From Trichoplax adhaerens (Eukaryota > Animalia > Placozoa): DNA of 64,000 nt. Position 1 is the first letter of the stretch, and every line of letters begins with the position of its first letter. This document shows positions 1 to 14,456 of the stretch, in pieces. The notes beneath the pieces are model-generated. The model saw only the letters and a program-made list of their open reading frames with translations, did not search any database and had not been told where the DNA came from. Both the position numbers and the translations under genes were made by a program. The stretch is taken from contig NW_002060948.1 of the NCBI RefSeq assembly GCF_000150275.1, positions 4,166,759 through 4,230,758 on the forward strand, given 5' to 3'.

Positions 1-3000
1 GAATTTTTTTCTCTCCTTTTAAACAGATAATTGATGAATGTAAAATTGTTGTTATTATTAATAAGCACTATGTTATTGTCAAATTTTTCTTTTATTACCC
101 GTTATATGCTGAATATATTACAATACTAGAATATTGGAGCCCTTTTTTATCTGTATCTATGATGAAGATATTTGCCTCTTAATGCCAGTTTTAATTGTTT
201 GAGGCTCTGCAAAATTAACGTATTTGGTGATTACTGTAAACGTCATTCATGTCAATAGAATCGAGGAACCGCCTGAACCCTGACCGTCTGTAGCTTTGTT
301 TACTAATTTCTTAATTTTTAGTTTTTGGTATTGTTCTTTAATGTGATGCGATCAAGAAGGCACACAAAGCGCGATGCTATGCAATATTATTTAAGAAAGA
401 ATGTGTACTTAATGTTGAAAGAATTGAAAGTAATTGCTCGATACTGTTTTAGGGTTAATGACTATTGATAAAAAATTTTTCTCAGCATGCTGTACGGTAT
501 GTCAGTGTAAAACCAAGATTTCTAAATAAAAATTTCATAAATGGGGCTACATATTTACATCAAAAAGGAAGACTGTCAGGGCAATATTGCCATTAAATGC
601 TGATGTATCGATTACTTGTATATCGACAAGTATTTATTTCTGTAATGAGCTATAGTTTTTATAACATAATTTACGCATAGCTAAGGCCAATACGATTTTC
701 AGATTTCATTTAAGAAATTTTGCAGAATATTTCTTGCGTCTGTTACTTTGTATATCATAGATAATGAATCCGTAATGAATCTAAAAGTTTATTTTAATTA
801 TCAGAATGAAATTAAATCATCTAGCTAAAATTTAGCCGTAAAATTATCAAATTAATAGTAAGTGAATATGTTCATTTCGATCTATACAGCATATGATTAT
901 TTTTAACTCTAGCGTTTTATTCTGGAAATTTTGAAGGGCTCTAGTAATTGATTCATTGTGATTTTACGCAGCCAGCTATGTTTTCATTTAAATTTTTCTC
1001 ATTTAGTGAGCTTAAATGTTTGTCTACTGTATACCGTATATCTGAAGAAAATTAAAGCATTCGTTAAATTTTAATTATCAGTGTCTGACCTACTTGTATG
1101 AAAATAAACTAAAATACGAACTGTAAAGGCGTGTTCAAAAAAATTTATTATAATCAACGCTCTAATTGACTGTCGTTAACAGGAGCATTAGGACTAGCTG
1201 TTTCTGGTACAATTTTTTAGAATTTTATGGCGTAATATATTACTTGGTTAAATTTCTATACGTAGAGAATAAGTATTACCGCTATTTTTGCATGTACTTT
1301 GATATGGCATCTGTCACGGTACGAACTACCGTGAAGAAATAGCTATCTAAATTTGGTGAATATAATATAGTGATAATATATTACAACTGGTTACTTACAA
1401 TAGGAAGTACTCTAATTATAAATATGTTACAGTAAATTTAATGCTGTGCTGTAATGTGCACTGAAATGATTCTGTGGATGGACATGTTGTAGTCCGACAG
1501 TGAAAAATTAGTTAGTAGATGTTCTCACCTAAGTATTTTTATAAGATGACTCATGAATGTTAGCTGCTGTAGAAGGGTATATAAGCCCGTCAGATAGTTG
1601 AATAAAGTAGTTCTCAATTGTCTAGTCGAGTTTAACGTAGAATCAAAGACGTCTAAATTCTTGTGAGTAGGGATACTGAATCCGCAGATTTTAAAGAAAT
1701 TTAGAGATTTATTTTACGTTATCCTTGTCACGAAGCTGGTTTGTGACAGCATCAAATCAGGTGGGGATTGTTTGTAGAATGTATCGCTGTTTCATTGAAA
1801 AGGTATCGGATTCATGTCATAGGCTTAGATATCCAAGTAAATAACTACAGTCAATAGAGTGAGTAAAGCCTTACTGATGAATGCATATCTGTAAAATTAT
1901 TTGCAGGAATCGATAATACTAAACCTGCAAATGAACTTTTTCACTTGAATAGTTCCAGGTTGGGTCGGATTAAATTCTGCATATGGTCTTGATAATGAAA
2001 ATAAATTTGCACGATAATATTAATTTGCTTTCTAGTAGCTTATTAAGTAGGCTTTGTGAGCCAGCAAGAAGTAGATATTATGCAAAACTTATGAAACATA
2101 CTGGTATTAACGAAAATTCTAGCCATACTATTAAACAAAATATATAATTATATAATTTAGACTCTAATTGATAAGTTAATGCATTACCTTACTTAGTTAA
2201 TCTACTATCTTTGGATTATAGTATCAAGAATATATCTTAGTTGAATTATAGACGTTAATATGAAATTGGCTACCGTATTATTTGTGAATGTGCCTTCATA
2301 AGAATCAGTTCTTCATACAGTGCATGCTTTATGCGGAAAGATACGTTGAAGAAATATTATCCCGCCTGGATTAGAAATGTTATTTCTTGGATCCCAGTTG
2401 AAAAAATTCATACTTTGCTATCTGTTAATCAGAATAATCCTCCACATCGTAACAATTTCTGCATCTATAGAGCGCTCAAAGTTATTTCAACTTATTTCAA
2501 AGCTGTTGTCTTACTACATACAGTATAAATACTTGTGTAAGATTTTAGATTTTTAAAGGTAATGCTCTTACACGCTATGACACGGAATTCCTTTTGGTCA
2601 TAAATTAAAGATACTATTTTATTTTCATTTTTAATCTCATTTTGTATGATTTGCGCAGTTTTAAGAATTATAATGCTGCAAGTGTAGCTTTGGCTATCAG
2701 TTATACGAATAACAATAACAGTTTTTATTTACAGAATTGGCTATAAAATCTACTTCCAATTTAGAAAAGAATGCATTCAAGCTAGTATTGAGTATTTGGT
2801 ATCCTTTAAAATCTTTAATGAAAGATCTATTGACATTTCTTTTCATTGCTGCAGTCGGCTAGTACCATATATTACTGAGTATAATAACTCGAAGTGACAA
2901 CAAATCACGGTACTAACACTTACACGATATTATGTTAAATATTATATTAGGTTATTTTCGATTGAAGACATAAACAAATGTGCATACATAATGAATAACT

Positions 3001-3301
3001 TCGTAATTATTATTTTAAGAGAATTTCGTTAGCAATTCATAAAGACCTCTATCATCAGCCATATATAATGGAGGATATGATATTCAATTATCAAATTTTT
3101 GATCGCAGTTAATTCAAGATAATGAAAGCGATTACATTGTTGCGAAAAGCAAATTCGTTCGACATTATTGTTTTATCGCATTATTATTTATTTTATCTAT
3201 TTTAATGGTTGCGTAAACTTGTTATACTTGTATATACGTATATCGTTATTCCCTCGTTGAGTTATAATTTTGGTCATTTTAAGAAATCAGTGATAACATG
3301 T

Positions 3302-4348
3302 TCAGTCCGCAACTGCTGGCAAATTTCCTCTTCTACTTGCCACGAAGAATACTGAAATTTTTTGAGTAAATTCGCTGTTCAAATTCGTTCCAGATCGAGA
3401 CGATAATGCTCCAATTCGTCGAGATTTTCCTCTGCCGAATATTTTATTCACTTCAGCTTTTAAGTCACTGGTGTACTTAACATAGAATATTGGCACCGTG
3501 ATACTGTAGATTAGCTGTAAAACAACGCCAATTCGGGAAATAACTAGGGAGAGATTGATTCTATTTTTACGGAGTGCCACTGATGCTATTATCCCTGATA
3601 CTGGATATGAGATTACAAAGATAGCAGTTAATGCAACCATTTGATATAAGACTCTTTTCCTATTATAGATAGATGACTTTAAGGTTGTTATTCGGTTACC
3701 GTTATTTTCAATACGTAACTTTTTTTTCAATACTATGCAATAAAAACGCGTGTAACAGGATATAATGATGCATGTTGGTATAATACCGACGATGACATGA
3801 TAAATTTCAATGGTAGTTCGGAGCATATTTTTATCGGCTGAAATGTTTTTGCCAAATTCGAAGTTGACATTAAAGATGCATGAAGTTATATTTGGTTTAA
3901 CATTTGCTTGAATCACGGAATAGCGTTCAATAAAAGCTGCCATGTAAAAACCGATCGGAATTATCCATATCGCGATCATAATTACGGCTACATTACGAGA
4001 TGTACATATTCGTTTATATAGAAATGGTTTTTCTATCGCAAATAATCTGTGTAATGTAATAATGGAAAGGTGTAAGCACGAAATAATACCCATAGCAAAA
4101 GCTAGTGAAAATAAAAGATTACAGGTGTACCAGTTGGTGTGTAAGCTAAACACGGTGAATAATGGTATGAAGTAGGCGCAAATAGCTATCATATTTAAAA
4201 TCATGTAACTTAATATCATGATATTAGACTCATTCTGCAATAAGATTGGTTTACAGACAATAATTAATATTAAAAATAAAGCAACAATAAATGCTACTGC
4301 GCTAAGTAATAAACCTATAGTAACGATAATAATAATATCAAAAACCAT
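3302..4348 (-). CDS. Intronless rhodopsin-class (class A-like) 7TM GPCR, divergent/orphan, 348 aa
   Basis: Single ORF with seven hydrophobic segments. Cys at the top of TM3 (YTCNLL) pairs with an ECL2 Cys (TSCIF). TM3 end reads ITLHRLFAIEKPFLY (DRY-equivalent plus ICL2 PxxY), TM4 has W (IAIWII), TM5 has IIPTCIIISCY, ICL3 is basic, TM7 reads TVPIFY (NPxxY-equivalent) and a helix-8-like SDLKAEV follows. Confidence 0.9.
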   Translation of the reverse strand: MVFDIIIIVTIGLLLSAVAFIVALFLILIIVCKPILLQNESNIMILSYMILNMIAICAYFIPLFTVFSLHTNWYTCNLLFSLAFAMGIISCLHLSIITLHRLFAIEKPFLYKRICTSRNVAVIMIAIWIIPIGFYMAAFIERYSVIQANVKPNITSCIFNVNFEFGKNISADKNMLRTTIEIYHVIVGIIPTCIIISCYTRFYCIVLKKKLRIENNGNRITTLKSSIYNRKRVLYQMVALTAIFVISYPVSGIIASVALRKNRINLSLVISRIGVVLQLIYSITVPIFYVKYTSDLKAEVNKIFGRGKSRRIGALSSRSGTNLNSEFTQKISVFFVASRRGNLPAVAD

Positions 4349-7079
4349 CTTTAGAATATAATTTTGAAAATATTTATGTGTTTACAAACGTATCTTACTG
4401 ATGAATTAAACAATTAACGTAAATGATCTTATATAGCTTGAAATGTGCTTAATACTATCTACTGATACAGAAATACTATTATAACTATGTAAGTAAATTG
4501 CACGAGATCGAAATAATTATAGCGTTATTATCGTTATTATCGACTACACAAAATTAACAATTTTTTATCATTAGAATCTACTTACAAGACATTTTATGCT
4601 GTACAGATACGAATCTCACAAAGCTTAAAAATTGAAAATAATAATACAAATTCAGTAAATGAGAGTCGTTTCTAAACGGATAGTGCACTTATCACGTAAA
4701 ATAAATATGTGTATAAGTTATGATAGGTACGGGATATTTAATTACTCGAGGTTTCTTGTTATTGACTATAAATAGTAATAATAAAATGGTTCAGATATAC
4801 AGATCAAGTCTGAATAATAGTTTATTTTATCTGATTTATTTTGGTGATCTTATGAATTGAAGTAAATTGGTTCTACATAAAGCTTTTTGACAGTTTTCAT
4901 CCACAATGAATGTTATTTAATTAATAAACGATCGGTCTTTATTGCTATTATTTTGTATAATTGCCTTGTTTGACTTACGATGACATGTCTACAGGGGTAG
5001 ATTTCCAAGAAATCATTTAATTCTACATTCAGAAGATGCATAGCAAGATTATCAATATCGATTAATTCTGCTATCAAGTAATTTTTCAACGAAGAAGATT
5101 CATATGGAAATTATTGAACTTAATTATAGGCTCACTGTATTATTTATACTACAGATCGGTTATGATAAATTGTAACAATTTTAATTGTATTAAACTTAAT
5201 TTAAAGTCCGATGAATAGAATAGTTCTAGAAGATAATGCTATGGATTTATAGTAAAAATGTTATAGTGACGAAATTTTCATATTTTTCAGTGATACATAT
5301 CTCAGCTTACTTTAATTTTTAAAGTGCTATAATCAACATTAATATTAATGCTAATAATTTTCAAAAATCTTTTTCTTTGTCTGTCAGCTTGCCTTGTATT
5401 GGTAGAAAGCCATAATGTAATTTTCAGATATATCTTATAGCATGTTACCATAATACTTGAAATTACTGGAGGAAGTCTATCTATAATATTTCATGGCTTA
5501 ATGCCATTGATGAAGTAATTCATTGGGTCTTTAAGGTGATGATTCTTCTCGGTTTGTATGCACAATATAGCGAATGAGGTACAAGTGAGAAGTAATTAAA
5601 GTAAATTTGTAAAATTGGTAGTGGTCCATTTGTGATATACTACTACAGGTTTAGGTATCTAATCATGATTCTTAGTTGTAAGCAGCCAGTTAGAAACATA
5701 CTAAAATACTGCAAATGATTGATATATGACCCGAATGTCAATAAAATTATGTCAACCGCTGTATATCGATATGTCTATTGCTACTATCGGAAATCTTGTA
5801 TACTAAAGTTATTATCAGTTTGGGCATTGCCGTACTATCTCATTCTAAAAATAGGATATTCTGAAATTATTATAATTCATTAAATCCAGTCTTAGTTATT
5901 ATGATAATTTATCAGATTCTGATACGTTAAAGTGATTAAATTTGATCATTTATTTGCTTTTGGGCTATTGCCAATATGTTTGTGAGTATTATCGTCATCG
6001 ATTTTTTTTGTGTAAAGACTAACGGCAGTATTAATTATAGCTGAGGTTTTGCAGAAATTTACAATTTAAGATCGATTATGATTGAACAATAGGCTTTTTT
6101 TACATCATTTACAAAACTTGCGAGTTTGCTAAGCATTAAAGCATTCATATAGTTAATAAAGGTGGCTAATATAAATTTTTAACTAAAAGGGATTACCATA
6201 ATGTATCCACTGTACAAAAATAAGAATAGCTTTGCGTGAATATTTATAAAGCAAACAGTAGAAAGTAAATAACTTGATTTTGTAGTAATACCTTCTAGTT
6301 AAACAAAGTTACTGAAATTTGCATGTTTAATGGTAGGCATCGATAAGAATATTATCTTATTTGATAAATAAGCAATTTAATCGCATTAGTTTATTTTATT
6401 TTTGATTAATGATAATCTACAACATTCCTGAAGTTGAAGCATACATTGAAAATGAATTGAGGGGAAGAGATTAGAGAAATAATGAATCTATTTTAGTGCA
6501 AAAGTTTAATTAAAACAGTAAATCATTGGGAAGGTTTCCAGTCGTAATATAACTTATGCATGGTCAAAAATGTTCATGTGAAATGATAGATGAATATAAT
6601 GTGTTTGTCATATTCAATTTTATTACTAAATTTCTCTTTATAAAATGATACAAAGAGTAATTGACTGATTTTACTTGCCAATGTTGCCAGGAAATAGTTT
6701 ACTATAAATGATATGACTTCATTGTGTGATAGTGAAGTAGTTTTAAGTGTCCTATTACATCCGTCTACTCTTTCTAAATGGATATTTGCGGATCTTTCAT
6801 TGTTTACTTTAGTTGGTTACGCTTTTCGTTATCATAGCTACGGGGAAACATTAGAGCAAGCCAATCAAATTTGAAGCTCAAATTTGAAGCTGTCTTTTTA
6901 TTTATAAATAACAATAAAACAGGTGCTTTGATTATCCGATAACTTACGACATTGAATATAGTTGCCATTTATCCGGTAGCCGGATAATCATCAAATTAGT
7001 AAAATTGAAGGTGGTGCTTTTCTCTACATATTGTGCTATTACGATAAAATAAAGCCCTACTGTCAGGCAAAAATTAGAG

Positions 7080-8400
7080 TTCAATGCCTAGGAGATATCC
7101 TAACTGCAGATATTTATTGTTATCCGTTACTACTTTTGGGTAGAATGAATTTTATTCTTTGTCAGTCAAATTATTTTTTTTTTAGTGTGTTTGGACTTAC
7201 GCTTATTCTGTTAGGATTGAATCCGTCGCATAAAGAAGAGTAAGATTTGTCATTTATTCTTTCATTTATGTATCACGGCAGATAACTTATGGACTATAGT
7301 AATATCTATACTACTGCAATTTGCTATTTACAGCTGAGGAGATTATGGCTATAATTGGTAATAAGTATTTGTCATTATTATTTCGATATTTAAACATAAC
7401 GTACATTGTTAGAGTTAATTACTAGCAATTGTATTATTTGACCGTAAGTACTGTTTTTTATTTTATTTATTTAGTAGTGCTTGAGATAGTCCCTAGTCCC
7501 TGAAATGGATTATGCTAGCTGAAGGCGCATACCGTTTAGTGAGAATGATCAGTTAGATTTGTTAATTCCAATCGAAGCAGATTCAACAGATTTTGTTATT
7601 AATGATCCAAATGCTTGTAAATATATATACGAGTACTGCAGTTTAGAATTGCAAGTTAGTTCTTTCTCTCGTTTCGTAATTGGCTGTAGAATACTGTTGT
7701 GGTAAACTTTGTATTAAAAGTAAATTTTTATTCCAAGTGAAAGGTTATCACATAGCTGTTCCTTATATGAGAATGTTTGTTTTATCACGTAGAATATTTA
7801 GCCGTGCATTTCAGCTGTCTTAGGCTACATGCTTCTATTTTGTAGAGGTAAATCTTGGCTATTTTAATCAGCTTATTAGTTATCAGCAGTTGTTGAAGAT
7901 GAAACCTGGAATTACAGTGTCACATTTTATTACTTCCATCTAATAATTTTCGTACTTTATTATTTATTTTAATCTAGTCCAACACCCTGCTCGTGATAAT
8001 ATACCGTAAGCTATTCATGTACTGAATGTTTCTTCGTGGTATCAATACACCTATGATAAGAAATGAATTCACACTAATAGTAAAAATATCTGTTACTAAT
8101 ACAAAGCTATGTCCAGCTGTCCATATAAAAAGGAGATTTTCCAGTTGTGTGTAATGAATGAATGAGCTGAGATTCAATGTTGATCCACGAGCTGCACCTA
8201 CCTTTTCCTTCAGTAGCCGCTATTATAGTGCTAATAGGCTCATCGATTCTTTCCTACTTTCAGCAAATTCATAGCGATTTGCGTAAAATGCTTCCTTTTG
8301 AGTGCGTGTTGCAACGAGGGTCTATTGTTGTAGTAGCTGACATACATCATACTGACGTATAATTAATTGGCTTGTACCTATCTAGGAAACTACAGCAGGA
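7080..8400 (+). pseudogene. Possible decayed multi-exon gene, Mab-21/cGAS-like nucleotidyltransferase remnant
   Basis: Exon-like pieces bounded by polypyrimidine-AG and GTAAG (e.g. ~7215-7239, ~7978-8005). Frame-shifted translations give ..LAEG..FSENDQLDLLIPI (~7513-7573) and KLCPAVHIKGDFPVVCNE*MS*DS (~8103-8180). These resemble the Mab-21-fold GSxxEG...DxD and DxVPA..WP...EWxxR motifs. By-eye match only; contains stops and frameshifts. Confidence 0.25.
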
Positions 8401-8651
8401 TAACCTAACGATGAATTTTCTTTTAATTTATTGCTTTGTGTGATTATGTTCATTTGAACTACAAAAAGTAAAATTACAGTAATCATAGCGGTACAGTATA
8501 ATACTTTACTCGTTGATAGTGCTAGATCATTCAATTAAAATTATCAACAATGAGTATACGACATTTTTAGTTTAGTCTTAACTAATTTATAGCAGGCATC
8601 CATAGTGATTGCCGTCCCGGATATTCGATTTGGTGTGTGTGATCATCATTT

Positions 8652-9038
8652 CAGTCACGGACTGCTAGAAGAAGACCTGGACTGACTGGACTCATGACTT
8701 CCTCAGACAGACGGACTCTTCTTAGCAAAAGAGGTCGTCAATATCGAAAAATATCTAGGAGTATGGATCTTCCGTATTTGTTTTCTGAATTACTAATACT
8801 AATTTTCATAACATCGACGATCTTATATAAGTGTCTCCAAGCGGAACTTAGTAACAGATGATAAGATTTATTTAACGTAGATGCTTCATTAAGAAAAAAT
8901 CAGTCCATTCAAAATCCAACGTTTTCATACTAAAGTAGTATCATACCGAAGTGCTTGGCACAATACATTGACGAGACGTAGCCGAAAATGTCTGTCCATC
9001 CAAGAGTGGTCAGTCCAGGTCTACTTCTGTAGGCCGTG
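8652..9038. mobile_element. MITE-like non-autonomous element with terminal inverted repeats (copy 1)
   Basis: Left end cacggactgctagaagaagacctggactgac (8656-) is an imperfect reverse complement of the right end gtcagtccaggtctacttctgtaggccgtg (-9038). A diverged, co-oriented second copy at ~22866-23280 shares internal blocks (gtatggatcttccgt, taacatcgacgatcttatataa, aaaaaatcag). No ORF; no TSD recognised. Confidence 0.75.
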
Positions 9039-9049
9039 TCAGACAGAGT

Positions 9050-9228
9050 ATTGTACAACCTACAGTATACTACTGTACTGTAGTACTGTGCTATTTTGCT
9101 ATGAAACAATACAGTACTGTACAGTACTGTACACTGTACGGATAGATGAAGTACTGTACAGTGTACAGTACAGTAGTCAAGTGTCCATGTTAATATTTAC
9201 TGTACAGTACTATACACTATACAGTATA
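9050..9228. repeat. (TACAG/CTGTA)n palindromic pentamer array upstream of LZIC
   Basis: Dense tacagtactgtacagtactgtac-type runs ending ~230 bp before the LZIC ATG. Confidence 0.85.
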
Positions 9229-9428
9229 ATCGACGTGACAATGCATAGGGCGTTAACAGCTCTTGTTTGAGCTACCTAGCTTGGCTTGCAGTTCGCAGCT
9301 TGCATGTTGCTGTAGAAGATCGCTTGGCTATCAGCTACGATAGTATAGATAATTCATCATCATAATAATAAAGAATTCAATTACATCAAGAATTCATAAT
9401 CTTTCAAGCGACTGTTAGGTCTTAATAG

Positions 9429-11689
<2,261 letters not shown>

Positions 11690-13304
11690 TTACCAAGCCG
11701 TGGATACTCACCCTTTTGAAATGAGGCGATGTTGTTCTTTGTGAACTCGGGTCGTAAGCAGCTGTATCACGCAAATCAACAAGTATCTGAATTTCTGCTA
11801 GTGAGATAGATTGTTGTGTTACTGTAATTTATAATGCTCACTCCATACACAGAGCATCTCGGTCTTTACCTGTGCTCGCTAAACAATTTTCTAAGTTTGT
11901 GATATAGTACAAATTAGTGTGGTAACCTTGTTTTCTGGAATTGAATCTATTTTACTGTACCAATTTTAAAGTTTTATCATGGGTAGTGCAGAAGTATACT
12001 CGTAAAAATGCCTTTTGGCCTTGTTATTCTCACACTAGTTACCTGTTACTATGTTAGTTGCCATTGAAAGCAAATATTTTATTTTTACTAGTCAGTTACA
12101 TAATAAAATATGATTACCAAGATGCAATCCTATTATTTTGTCTAGTATTATGCTCACAAGATGATGAGCTGTAGTTGTTTACGATGATCACGATGCAGTG
12201 ATTGATTTATGTTATCGGCGAAATGCAGTAGATTGTTACAGACCAATACTGGATACAGGATAGATGAACGTAACATTTTCAGTAGTGCATGTTTGAATTA
12301 CAATACTGATGTAGTTGTAACAAAATAGAGTAAGGTATAGTATTGTCACCTTGATCAAAACATTTTTGAAGTGAAGTGAACCGTGGCATGCAGTATTTAC
12401 TAATAGAGAAGAAAGTTACTGAACAGTACATTCATTTTTTTAGTTACTAGGATATTGATACTTTATTTGTACTGTCGTTTACGCCAATTTATATCAACTC
12501 CTAAGGCACTGCGTGCACAAGTATGAAAAGTAAATTGATAAATTTAGAATCGATATTTATAACATTGACGCAAATATAATTATGAATCTACTGTTTTGAG
12601 CATTTAATCATTTCAAGAGACTGCTGTCCTCAATTCTATTAATATGCTAGTCAGTGTAAATCCGGCATAGCCAGGCTTTCTGCATAAAACGTGTAAATCT
12701 ATTGCTTCAAACAAAAATATCTATATAGCATTTATATATATGTTATACATGTACAACCCGCGTAGACGAGTATCACCGCCCCGATTTTGAAGTTCTTTGT
12801 GTACAGTATGTACTGTAGATTACTGTATATTTGGCTGATTTCAAAAGTATCATGTCAAAGTGGTTCTAGACTATTTATTTTATCTGCTTTTATGATCAAT
12901 GCACTCCTTGATCAGGTGCAGGCGTGCTGTTGGGGGTGTACTGAATATAAAGTTTATTCTTCATTTCGTCCAAATTTTGAATTGGGCCAAGTTGTTATTC
13001 AATATAGGAGTCAGGGCACTGTTAAGGGAACTGCTAAGAGAAAATTCCTTTACAAGACTGGGATACTACTACCCATTGTCGATAGGGTAGCTGACTATTA
13101 TACTTTACTTGCGAAGTACAGTTGTTCATTTAATGACTTGATCACAGCCATTCATTCTAACATTAATCCAACACATTACACACAATTTGGTGACCGATTG
13201 CCGATGTACACTGTACATACAAATACACTTGAGTGGATACTAGCCCTAGCCATTTTCAATTCCTTTGCACACTTGGTTTAAGCTGTCCGATATTACGAGT
13301 CGTC

Positions 13305-13495
13305 GACATCGACAGTCTTAACCTATGCAACATCGAAAAAATTCAGAAATCGTCCAATCTTACACGGCGCAAATCAAGTTCCACCGGAGGATTTTTGAAT
13401 TTTTTTGTAGACATGTCATTCTACTGTGTGTCTATAGTATCCATAAATGATGGAGATGTTGCAAAAAATGACTACAAGGCCATTGTCGATCTATT
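13305..13495. repeat. Degenerate fold-back / inverted-repeat element (possible MITE remnant) upstream of SPEN
   Basis: Nested arms in mirrored order: atcgaca...tgcaacatc...aaaaaattcagaaatc on the left and gatttttgaatttttt...gatgttgca...tgtcgat on the right. Confidence 0.5.
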
Positions 13496-13700
13496 GAAGA
13501 ACTCGTTAGGCAGCCAGAGGTAAAGCTTGGCAGTATTTGGTGCATCGATGCTAGTGTAGTGTCTAGTTTGAGCGCTTGTAATGACTAATATAGTATGCAG
13601 CACACGCATCTAGCCCTATCCTGTATGGACAGTCCAGCTGTCGATCTTGGTATTGGTTACCATACAGTAGAATGGTGGTGTATCGTGGGTGGATACCTGT

Positions 13701-13860
13701 CAGTACAGTACAGAATGCTGCTACAGTACTGTACTGTAGTACAGTCAAAGAAAAACCCAAAGTACTGTATTACAGTACAGTACAGTATAGTACAGTGTAC
13801 AGTACTGTATACTGTAATACTGTACTGTAATACCAAATTACAAAGTACAGTACACAGTAA
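13701..13860. repeat. (TACAG/CTGTA)n array upstream of SPEN
   Basis: cagtacagtacag...tacagtactgtactgtagtacagt...tacagtacagtacagtatagtacagtgtacagtactgtatactgtaatactgtactgta, ~600 bp before the SPEN ATG. Confidence 0.85.
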
Positions 13861-14456
13861 ATTATTAGTTTTAATTAGGACTGTAATACCAACGTGACCT
13901 ACTGTTCAGGGCAAAGTAGTGTACGCCTATAGTCGCTCAAGTGATACAACAGTACCATCTAGTTACAATTTCGAATGTCACCCCAATTCTTCATCCATGG
14001 TATTGTAGCAGCCTACTTACGATACAAAGTCGTTTCAATTACCAGAGTGCAAAGCCAACTGGGGTGACACTTTCAATTGGAGAGACTTTTAGTGTACCGT
14101 GCTGCAAATGGTCCGCTTCGAAACAGACTTGAGTACTGCATTATTCAACTTGGACCCTGTTGTAATCAAGTGATTTCATAGTAATGAAGAGAGAAGACGG
14201 TGGCGTAGTAGCGAGCAATATTGGACCAATTCATTACTGGATCGATTTTCAAGCAACGCATTCATTCAACTAGTCAAAACCTTTTTTGACCTTGTACAGG
14301 TAAATTGATGAAAGTAAACTGAGGTAGAGCTAAAACTGTTCAAGTATTAACTTTGGATATTGACATTGTAGAGTGGTAGGTACAGCAGTAAGGTCTGCGA
14401 TCCATTGATCCGACGGGCTATCTGGGCCATTAAAATTCGATAGCCAATACAATACC

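Noticed and set aside
6927-6996. Short hairpin ttatccgg-tag-ccggataa with an outer inverted arm
   Set aside because: Too short to call a MITE or ncRNA without genome-wide copies.
8968-9270. ORFs rich in YSTVLYC/TVQY (also 13563-13897, 23348-23533, 35469-35714)
   Set aside because: These are translations of the TACAG/CTGTA arrays, which are stop-poor in some frames; not proteins.
12787-13523. 164-aa and 96-aa plus-strand ORFs between LZIC and SPEN
   Set aside because: Non-ATG starts, no recognisable domain, no convincing splice structure; the second overlaps an inverted-repeat element.
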